Source: Candidatus Micrarchaeia archaeon (GTDB lineage: Archaea > Micrarchaeota > Micrarchaeia > Micrarchaeales > CABMGC01). From it: a DNA stretch of 14,173 nucleotides. Shown one piece after another: positions 1 to 6,755 of the stretch (its first letter is position 1; each line of letters opens with the position of its first letter). The notes under the pieces are model-generated. The model was given only the letters and a program-made list of their open reading frames with translations, was not told the DNA's origin and did not search any database. The stretch spans positions 1-14,173 of the forward strand of contig JBMFUT010000018.1 in the NCBI GenBank assembly GCA_049966395.1, in the 5' to 3' direction. The position numbers and the translations under genes are program-made.

Positions 1-147
1 GGCGGCGCGCCCATAGATTTGCAGAACCTTGTTGCATGGTGGCCACTTGACGGCGATACGAACGACTACAGCGGCAATGGCAACAACTGTGTACCTTCAA
101 GCATCTCCTATGTCTCGAACTGGTGGAATGGCTACACGCCGCCGTGA
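1..147 (+). CDS. Partial CDS (3' end) of a LamG/concanavalin A-like jellyroll surface protein
   Basis: Frame +1 is open from base 1 to TGA at 145-147 and reads GGAPIDLQNLVAWWPLDGDTNDYSGNGNNCVPSSISYVSNWWNGYTPP*. LVxWWPLDG..NDYSGNGN is the characteristic motif of LamG-domain proteins. It is absent from the ORF track because it has no start codon in the window. Confidence 0.85.
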   Translation, partial: GGAPIDLQNLVAWWPLDGDTNDYSGNGNNCVPSSISYVSNWWNGYTPP

Positions 148-225
148 ACATCGGCTTACTTTGCATGTCTTGTATATTTTGCACGCCAAAAGAAGCATAA
201 TCTATAGTTAATTCAAGTCGCGCTT

Positions 226-1713
226 TCAGAATATGTATAATGCTATGAACCTGTTCAGCTTTTTTATAAATACGAAAAACGGATTTACGTTTCTTTTTAC
301 GTCCTTTACAAGTGGCTTGTACTTTACCTTTTCTTCAGGAGTAAGCTTTCCCTCCTTGACTATCTCTGTTTTCTTTCCCTCGACAATTTGAGTCTCTGTC
401 TTGCTTATTATTTCCTTCCTTATCATTGAGTACCATTCGTCAAGCGTGCTGCCGTGGATCTTTATTATTTTCAGAAAGTCATGCATCTTTATTTTTCTCT
501 TTCTGCCTGTCCTGTCTTCTTCTACCGCAGGTATCAACGCAGCTTTGTCGCATATTTCCATTATGTCTGCGTTTGAATAGCCGGCAGTTGCCCTTGCAAG
601 GCGGCCGAAGTTTATGAATCCGCCGAGAGGCTTGTTCCTTGTGTGGTATATAAAGGCAGCCTTTCTCGCCTTGTAGTCTGGCGGGGGCACGTATATGGCT
701 TCGCCGAACCTTCCGCTTCGCTTGAGCGCAGGATCTATATCCCATGGCTGGTTTGTAGCACCTATGACGAAAATCCCCTCTGGGTTCTTCTCAACTCCGT
801 CCATCTCCTGCAGGAACTGGTTGACTGCCATGCGCATGTAGTTCTGGGATTCTCCTGCTGACTCGCGCTTTACGCCTAGCGCGTCTATTTCGTCGAAAAA
901 TATTATGCACGGCGTGTTTTTCCTTGCCTGTTCGAAAATGGCGTGCATGTTCTTCTCTGTATTTCCAGCGTACATGTCTACTATTTCATTAATCCTGGCT
1001 ATTATTACGTTAGAACCGGTCTCTCCTGCAATGGCATTTACTATATAAGTTTTGCCGTTGCCTGGAGGACCGTAAAATATAACCCCCAAGCCAAGCTTCT
1101 TTCCGTATGCTTTTAGCAGTTCGGGCTTCTTTATTGCAAGTATTATGTTGTCGTGTATGAGCTCTTTCTGCTTTTCCATTCCTACGACATCTTTGAAAGT
1201 TATCGTTGCCTTGTGCCACTTTGTCTTCTTTATTTGGCCTTCGCTTATCTCCGTTTCGGAATATTCTTCCTTTTGAGCCGGAGCTTTTGTTACTCCTGGA
1301 ACTTCCACAGGTTTTGCAGTTTTAGCCTTGAGCTGATCCAGCCTAGATTTGGCCTGCTCATAATTTGGATTCTTTGCCAGCGCCTTTTTATACCATTCTT
1401 CTGCTGCAACATAATCGTGCTGATATTCGCTTATTATGCCCATCACGTAAGGTGCATCGTAGCTCTCTGGCTCTATTTCCATTACTTTGCCTGCGTCCTT
1501 TACTGCCTCATCGTATCTGTTAAGTATCGCGTAGCACAAAGCCCTGTTGAAATATGCGCTTGAATAATTAGGGTCTATCTTGATTGCCTGCGTATAAAGG
1601 TCTATGGCCTCGTCAAAACGGTTGTCCTCGAATGCCGCTCCTGCCTTCAGGTATATCTCCTTTGCCAGAGGATTTTGCGTAATTCCGCTCTTTGGCGCAT
1701 TCTCGTCTGACAT
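226..1713 (-). CDS. AAA+ ATPase (CDC48/Vps4-like classical clade, single AAA module) with N-terminal TPR repeats
   Basis: About three TPRs (AIDLYTQAIKIDPNYSSAYFNRA; YKKALAKNPNY), Walker A GPPGNGKT, pore loop MYAG, Walker B IIFFDE and second region of homology ATNQPWDIDPALKRSGRF. ATG at 1713 is preferred because it follows an SD-like GTGAT; GTG at 1722 is the alternative. Confidence 0.93.
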   Translation of the reverse strand: MSDENAPKSGITQNPLAKEIYLKAGAAFEDNRFDEAIDLYTQAIKIDPNYSSAYFNRALCYAILNRYDEAVKDAGKVMEIEPESYDAPYVMGIISEYQHDYVAAEEWYKKALAKNPNYEQAKSRLDQLKAKTAKPVEVPGVTKAPAQKEEYSETEISEGQIKKTKWHKATITFKDVVGMEKQKELIHDNIILAIKKPELLKAYGKKLGLGVIFYGPPGNGKTYIVNAIAGETGSNVIIARINEIVDMYAGNTEKNMHAIFEQARKNTPCIIFFDEIDALGVKRESAGESQNYMRMAVNQFLQEMDGVEKNPEGIFVIGATNQPWDIDPALKRSGRFGEAIYVPPPDYKARKAAFIYHTRNKPLGGFINFGRLARATAGYSNADIMEICDKAALIPAVEEDRTGRKRKIKMHDFLKIIKIHGSTLDEWYSMIRKEIISKTETQIVEGKKTEIVKEGKLTPEEKVKYKPLVKDVKRNVNPFFVFIKKLNRFIALYIF

Positions 1714-1718
1714 TGGTA

Positions 1719-2189
1719 TCACAATCTCTTCTGATTGTTATCAGTAATATGTTTATATTCATTGTTATGGTATTTATTGCTATCTAAACTATCTAAAAAC
1801 CTGTTTATTGCCTGGTCTACGGCGGATATGTGTTCCTCTTCTCTAGGCACATTGAAGAACTCGCATTTTTCGAATTTTTTTGCAATTTTGATGATTTCTG
1901 AATTGAGCTTCTTGAGATTTGGATCTTTAGTTTTGTATAATTGGTTAAGCTGGCTGACCATCAGTTTGCTGTCTGAATAAAGTTCCACGCTGTTGCTGTA
2001 ACCATATTTATCTGCTACATCTTTAAGCGCCTTGAGTGCCGCTTTGTATTCCGCCACATTGTTGGTGCATATGCCGTTGTAGAAAGATGCTTCTATTATT
2101 AGTCTGCCATCTACATATACCATGTAGCCTGATGCGCTCTTTCCCGGATTGCCCCTTGCCGCGCCATCAGTATATATACTGAATTTCAT
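1719..2189 (-). CDS. rnhA: Ribonuclease HI
   Basis: IYTDGAARGNPG, TNNVAEY, YSDSKL and NVPRE..ADx-like (AVDQ) motifs carry the D-E-D-D acidic residues. The start is set at ATG 2189 (MKFSIYTDG), about 25 nt downstream of a TATA box. Confidence 0.93.
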   Translation of the reverse strand: MKFSIYTDGAARGNPGKSASGYMVYVDGRLIIEASFYNGICTNNVAEYKAALKALKDVADKYGYSNSVELYSDSKLMVSQLNQLYKTKDPNLKKLNSEIIKIAKKFEKCEFFNVPREEEHISAVDQAINRFLDSLDSNKYHNNEYKHITDNNQKRL

Positions 2190-2207
2190 GATGGTAATTG
2201 CCAACAC

Positions 2208-2223
2208 ATATTTTTATACTTTG
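2208..2223 (-). promoter_or_regulatory. Putative BRE/TATA promoter for the rnhA-AAA unit, possibly bidirectional
   Basis: The minus strand reads CAAAGTATAAAAATAT, with the TATA element 22-29 nt upstream of ATG 2189. The plus strand reads TTTTTATA upstream of the pilin gene. Confidence 0.55.
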
Positions 2224-2255
2224 TTTGGGATTGATATTATTGGCAGGCGAAAAGC

Positions 2256-2732
2256 ATGAAAACAATGGCACAGAGCGCCATAGAATACCTAATAACCTAC
2301 GGTTGGATGGTACTTGTAACCGCAATCATACTTGTGGCGCTCTTCAGCATGGGCCTATTTTCTCCTGGAGAATTTGGGGGCACAATGTGCATACTTCCTG
2401 GAGGCCTGAGCTGCATAAGCTACACCTTGACGCATAGCGGCGTCTTGACATTAAACCTGCAACAGGTTACGCAGTCCCCAATAAATGTCACCGCGATAGG
2501 ATGCACGTCAAATTCAACCTTCATATCAATGAATGCAATAGTGCCACAGATAGAGATGCCAATAGGCTCAAACTACACATTCACTGTTACATGCTATACC
2601 CAAAATGGAATTCCATATTCAGGCAATGTGGGCTCGATATTCAGCGGCTCGCTGATATTTAACTATACTGACACACTTTCAGGCCTGCCCCACACTGTTT
2701 TTGGTAGAATTGTGGCAAGGATATCCTCTTGA
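2256..2732 (+). CDS. Archaeal type IV pilin-like protein with class III signal peptide
   Basis: The N-terminus MKTMA/QSAIEYLITYGWMVLVTAIILVALFSMGLF has Q+1, E+5 and a hydrophobic helix. It is followed by a Ser/Thr-rich beta domain with 4 Cys and 4 N-x-T sequons. Confidence 0.85.
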   Translation: MKTMAQSAIEYLITYGWMVLVTAIILVALFSMGLFSPGEFGGTMCILPGGLSCISYTLTHSGVLTLNLQQVTQSPINVTAIGCTSNSTFISMNAIVPQIEMPIGSNYTFTVTCYTQNGIPYSGNVGSIFSGSLIFNYTDTLSGLPHTVFGRIVARISS

Positions 2733-2859
2733 TATCCTATGCATGAAAGCATTCGCCAAATGCCTCAATGCAGCAGCCATAATTGGCAACTAGCCAACAG
2801 CCAGAAAACGCGGTTCTTGCTGTATTTCGCCTTTTATCTTTCCCACAAGGAAGTTCACT

Positions 2860-2871
2860 AAAGTTTATAAA
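2860..2871 (+). promoter_or_regulatory. Putative BRE/TATA promoter for ORF 2910
   Basis: AAAGTTTATAAA, with TATA at 2864-2871, lies about 40 nt upstream of ATG 2910. Confidence 0.55.
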
Positions 2872-2909
2872 TTATATCATAACAATAATAAGATGCCAAT
2901 GTTGGTTGC

Positions 2910-3203
2910 ATGGTCGACAAGAAGGCGAAGCTTTCGAAAAAACTGGAGCAGTTTAGAAGAACGCAGGAGATAAACGCTCTGGTTACAAAGGGCGCAATTG
3001 AAGAAGACGCTTTGGAGGGCAGTGCCTCTGACGCAAAGCCAGCTGAGGAGTCCCACGCATATGATATTATAGATAAGGTCGAATCTTCTGCAATGATTTA
3101 TAAGCATCCCGCTCTCCACGAGAAAAAGACTGCAAAACCTTCTGCAAAGGGCGCACACAAAAAGTCATCTTCTAATAAGAAAGCGCGCAAAGGAAAAAGG
3201 TAG
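2910..3203 (+). CDS. Hypothetical protein with basic N-terminus, acidic middle and Lys-rich C-terminal tail
   Basis: A 97-aa ORF with an ATG start and its own TATA box fills the gap between two plus-strand genes. No family recognised. Confidence 0.7.
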   Translation: MVDKKAKLSKKLEQFRRTQEINALVTKGAIEEDALEGSASDAKPAEESHAYDIIDKVESSAMIYKHPALHEKKTAKPSAKGAHKKSSSNKKARKGKR

Positions 3204-3243
3204 CGCAGAAGCGCTTAAAAGGCTTTATGGATAAACTATATTA

Positions 3244-4257
3244 ATGCACACGATAGTAAAGCCGCCAGCACTCAAGCGTGGCGACACCATAAAGATAATT
3301 GCCCCTTCTACTGCAATAAGCGACGAGAGTGGACTTCTTGACGCGATAAGCTTCATAAAGAAGCAGGGGTTTGAAGTAAACTTGTCGACTAGTCTTACCC
3401 ACGAGTCGCCAAACCGTTTCCTGAGCGTCGGGGACCACTTCAGGACACTTGAAATAGAGAACGCCTTCAAAAGTGAGAACATCAATGCCATAATGTGCCT
3501 AAGGGGAGGGTCTGGCGCTATAGACTTGCTAAACATGATAAATTACGATGTTGTGAAGGATAACCCTAAGATATTTATAGGATCTAGCGATGTGACATTC
3601 CTTCAGCTCGCCTTCTTGAAGAAAGCTAATCTGGTCACTTTCCATGGACCTATGCTGATAGACCTGATGGAGAAGAACAAGAAAGTCCTCAACTACAACT
3701 GGTCCATACTGCAAAAGATTATAGTCGACGGGGAAATGCTGGAACTCAAGAACCCGACATTCAGCAGGTGGTCAAGGACGGTGATCGACGGCAAAGTTTC
3801 TGGCAACCTCATAGGCGGCAACCTTTCCGCGGTTTCCCTGATAGCGAACACTGATTTCATGCCAGACTTGGAAGATAGCATACTATTCCTTGAAGACGTA
3901 GACATAGAGCCGTGGATGTTAGACAATCTGCTTACCTCTCTTGTGCTTAAGGAAGTGCTGCAGAAAGCCAAGGGCATATTTTTTGGGGAATTTCCATACC
4001 ACGGCCTTTCTGAGATGCTAAAGGCCCAGACTGCTCCTTCGGTATTCTTCAAGAACATGCTGGTGGACGATTATATAAATGCCGTGCTTCACGACCAAAT
4101 TGTTGATATTCTCACAAAGAAGATAGCGAAGAAGCCGTCATTTACGGAATTTTCTTGCTGCCACGGAAAATACATTATCACCTTGCCGATAGGGCTAAGC
4201 GTAGAGCTTGACGCCGACAACCAGAGTATAAAAATGCTTGAAAAGGCAGTTTCCTAA
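3244..4257 (+). CDS. Peptidase family S66 (LD-carboxypeptidase LdcA / MccF-like)
   Basis: PPALKRGDTIKIIAPS, LRGGSG, KIFIGSSDVT (Ser nucleophile), TFHGPM, LIGGNL, ILFLEDV (Glu) and CCHG..TLPIG (His). The Ser-His-Glu triad appears intact. Confidence 0.92.
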   Translation: MHTIVKPPALKRGDTIKIIAPSTAISDESGLLDAISFIKKQGFEVNLSTSLTHESPNRFLSVGDHFRTLEIENAFKSENINAIMCLRGGSGAIDLLNMINYDVVKDNPKIFIGSSDVTFLQLAFLKKANLVTFHGPMLIDLMEKNKKVLNYNWSILQKIIVDGEMLELKNPTFSRWSRTVIDGKVSGNLIGGNLSAVSLIANTDFMPDLEDSILFLEDVDIEPWMLDNLLTSLVLKEVLQKAKGIFFGEFPYHGLSEMLKAQTAPSVFFKNMLVDDYINAVLHDQIVDILTKKIAKKPSFTEFSCCHGKYIITLPIGLSVELDADNQSIKMLEKAVS

Positions 4258-4259
4258 TT

Positions 4260-5480
4260 TCATATTTCGCTTTCGTCCTTCTCATTGTCAGAATGCGGTG
4301 ATTTGCCTATAGAAAGCTTTACGCCAGAAGGATCCCTTGTTATCGTTATGTCTATGCTATCGCTGCCCAGCATGCGCCTGAGTTCTTCATAAGTGTATGC
4401 ACCTATTTCCTTGAATGGCTTGCTTTTGAGTATTTCGGCTCTTTTCATTGAGAGTGATTCTTTTGATATCTTAGTAAACTCCAGGTCTAACTTGGGCTTC
4501 TCCGCGCCATAAATATCTTCTATGCCTAGCTCTATGGGCTTGTATCCCTCGCTTTGATATATGAAAGGCAGCACGGCCTTGAATTCGTCGCTTATCTCGC
4601 TGACTATACGCTCCACGTTGCCCTTGCTTCCAGCTATTACAAAGTCGTCGCTATTCAAGAAGCCCACAAAGGCGTCGCCTTTGGTTTCCTTTATTTTGTC
4701 CTGCAGAAGCTGGCTGACAAGCCTTAGTATTGTCATGCCTGCATTAGTTCCGAATGTCATGGCAAAATCTGCAAGCCCATTTACCCTTATTCTGCCTATC
4801 TCGTATTCTACGCTTCCCTGAAGCGCCCTCTCCACCATATCGGATATCTTATCCTCGTTAGGCAAGTCTATCAGCGGGTCGAACCTCTTGCCCTTCTTCT
4901 TCAAGAATATTGTAACCAGATCCTTGAGCTCCTCTGGATCAAAAGGCTTCTTTATGTAGTAGTCGGCGCCGTACTTTATCCCCTTGAACCTGTTAGAAGT
5001 GGCATCCATTGCGCTCACTATTATCACAATGGTGTCGCTAAGGCTTGGATCCTTCTTTATGTTCTGGCATATGTCAAGGCCGTCCATCCCTGGCAGCATG
5101 AGATCCAGTATTATCAAATCTGGCTTTTCCCTCCTTATTCTATCAAGCGCCTCTTTGCCATCGTATACTTGGGTTATGTCAAATTCCTTGCCTACAGACA
5201 ACGCCATCAGCTTGTTTATGTTCCTGTCGTCTTCTACTATCATTATGCGCCTGAGGTTTGGCTCCTCCTGAAGGACATAATAAGTAAGTATTCCGCCGCT
5301 ACTCCTTGACGCGATTGCATGCATGCCCTCCAGTTCCTTGAGCACCTCTTTGAGATCAGATTCAGGTATGCGCTTCGAATTTGAAAGCTCGAGAAGCTCG
5401 TCGTATGTCACCTGCTGCCTCTCGTTTACAACTGAAAGTATATCGTCTTTAAAATCAGCCAAGCTGTCATCACCCTGCAT
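4260..5480 (-). CDS. Response regulator: N-terminal winged-helix-like domain + REC + degenerate GGDEF-like domain + short C-terminal domain
   Basis: The REC domain is intact (IVEDD, IILDLMLPGMDG, IVSA, KKPF). It is followed by DPLIDLPN (cf. DxLTxLxN) and FVGFLNSDDFV (cf. vxRxGGDEF). The N-terminal ~70 aa have a three-helix-plus-wing pattern ending in GGILTYYV. Confidence 0.88.
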   Translation of the reverse strand: MQGDDSLADFKDDILSVVNERQQVTYDELLELSNSKRIPESDLKEVLKELEGMHAIASRSSGGILTYYVLQEEPNLRRIMIVEDDRNINKLMALSVGKEFDITQVYDGKEALDRIRREKPDLIILDLMLPGMDGLDICQNIKKDPSLSDTIVIIVSAMDATSNRFKGIKYGADYYIKKPFDPEELKDLVTIFLKKKGKRFDPLIDLPNEDKISDMVERALQGSVEYEIGRIRVNGLADFAMTFGTNAGMTILRLVSQLLQDKIKETKGDAFVGFLNSDDFVIAGSKGNVERIVSEISDEFKAVLPFIYQSEGYKPIELGIEDIYGAEKPKLDLEFTKISKESLSMKRAEILKSKPFKEIGAYTYEELRRMLGSDSIDITITRDPSGVKLSIGKSPHSDNEKDESEI

Positions 5481-5610
5481 ATGATCGCCAATCCTATTAT
5501 AATTCAGAAAGATATAATATAATTTCTATGGAGAATACGCTTTGAAAAACTGAATTGCATAGTGGTGGCTGCAATATTATTCAATGCGGCACTCGTCCAA
5601 ACTTTGCTTA

Positions 5611-5683
5611 AGATGTGCAGATTTCAAAATGCCGGCTTTCCAAAATCGAAGTGAAGCCTTTTTAGATTTTGATTTGCACATTT
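5611..5683. repeat. Imperfect inverted repeat / long stem-loop in a divergent intergenic region
   Basis: ATGTGCAGAT(TT)CAAAAT (5613-5630) pairs with ATTTTGATTTGCACAT (5666-5681), allowing one G-T pair and a 2-nt bulge. An inner stem GGCTT (5634-5638) pairs with AAGCC (5654-5658). Confidence 0.55.
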
Positions 5684-5697
5684 ATACAGGTGGCTAG

Positions 5698-6738
5698 ATG
5701 CAGGCTGAAGAAAAAAGAGTTACCCCGCTTATGAAAAAGAAAAGGAATATCATGCTTAGGAAGGTTTCGGTCGCAGCTGCAGTTATCATTGTAATAGCGG
5801 CGATTGCCACTGCCTACTTGTATACTCTTTCGTCTTCTGTAGCGGTGCACTATATCTCTGCATCCGTAACAACAATGATAGCCCATAATGGCATGTTCTA
5901 TTTCAAGCTGCCTAACGATGCTAGCACATATTTAATCGCGCTCGAAAACACTTCTGGCAGCGGTGCGCTGATCTATTTGACAAAGACGCCTGTACTAAAC
6001 GGCCCCATATATGCCATATTCATGATGCCTAACGAGGGTATAAATATAAGCGCAAGCGGCGCAAATGTCGCAGATCTTCACATATCTCTGCTTGGGGTTA
6101 ATTCTTCTTACGCAAAATTTGCCATAGAGCCTATAGATATTGGCTTAGGCATAAAAGCCGCTAGCGTCCCTGCAATATCCCCTAGGGTGTTCGTAGAACA
6201 AGCGCTGTATACTGGCAATGTGAGCGTTTTAACTACTACCACCTCTACGACTTCTACTTCAACAACAGTGCTTACTACGGTAGTTGCAAATGCGCTGCCT
6301 GTTGCGCAGGTCATGGAACTTGCAAATGGCACAAGCATAGGAATACTAATGAATGGTTACAAAGCGCTGTATGAGAAGGACCGCGCCTGCTCTGCAGGAG
6401 TTTACAATGCAACCTACTACAAGTACTTTGGAACTTATCCTTCTGGGCCGAACTCGTTCGAGAACGCAAGTGCAATGATGCCTACAGACATCAATGTGAC
6501 GGTTGGCAAAACAAGCAGCAGCGACGTATACAGCGTGACTTATTACGCGGTATCGAATTCAAAATATACTTCTGGGCCAATATTTGCTATGACAATCAAC
6601 ATAACAAATGGCATTATAGGATCCCCTGTTTACGAAGGAATATTCAGAGGGCTAAACTATACACAAGTAAATGCTGCGTACCAGTTCCAAAACAGCATAC
6701 AGAACTATTGCGGAGCGTACATCCCTTACACGCCATGA
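5698..6738 (+). CDS. Membrane-anchored extracellular glycoprotein of unknown function
   Basis: Basic N-terminus, one hydrophobic helix (VSVAAAVIIVIAAIATAYLY), two domains separated by a Thr/Ser linker (TTTTSTTSTSTTVLTT), about 10 N-x-S/T sequons, and an SD-like AGGTGG upstream. Confidence 0.8.
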   Translation: MQAEEKRVTPLMKKKRNIMLRKVSVAAAVIIVIAAIATAYLYTLSSSVAVHYISASVTTMIAHNGMFYFKLPNDASTYLIALENTSGSGALIYLTKTPVLNGPIYAIFMMPNEGINISASGANVADLHISLLGVNSSYAKFAIEPIDIGLGIKAASVPAISPRVFVEQALYTGNVSVLTTTTSTTSTSTTVLTTVVANALPVAQVMELANGTSIGILMNGYKALYEKDRACSAGVYNATYYKYFGTYPSGPNSFENASAMMPTDINVTVGKTSSSDVYSVTYYAVSNSKYTSGPIFAMTINITNGIIGSPVYEGIFRGLNYTQVNAAYQFQNSIQNYCGAYIPYTP

Positions 6739-6755
6739 GTTACGTATTCAAACTT

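Noticed and set aside
29..211. 60-aa ORF in the track
   Set aside because: It is an off-frame shadow of the LamG-like CDS in frame +1, has a TTG start and shows no motif.
226..1713. Calling the ATPase cdvC/vps4, cdc48, pan or ftsH
   Set aside because: It has no MIT domain, second AAA module, coiled-coil/OB domain or protease domain, and no ESCRT-III neighbours are in the window.
426..1980. Short ORFs overlapping the AAA ATPase and rnhA (426, 479, 643, 1010, 1153, 1735)
   Set aside because: They are antisense or off-frame shadows of genes with strong motifs.
2718..2738. Hairpin AGGATATC-ctctt-GATATCCT over the pilin stop codon
   Set aside because: An 8-bp stem built from a self-palindromic hexamer, with no T-tract after it; too weak to call a terminator.
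2733..2909. Intergenic gap checked for tRNA or C/D box sRNA (5481-5697 also checked)
   Set aside because: No cloverleaf with a TTCGA arm and no RTGATGA/CTGA box pair were found by eye. A covariance model search was not run.
4260..5480. Calling the regulator an active diguanylate cyclase
   Set aside because: The GG(D/E)EF motif reads NSDDF and the metal- and guanine-binding residues are missing.
6231..6281. ACN-rich low-complexity tract resembling a tandem repeat
   Set aside because: It is explained by the Thr/Ser linker, and the varied codons argue against a DNA-level repeat or CRISPR array.
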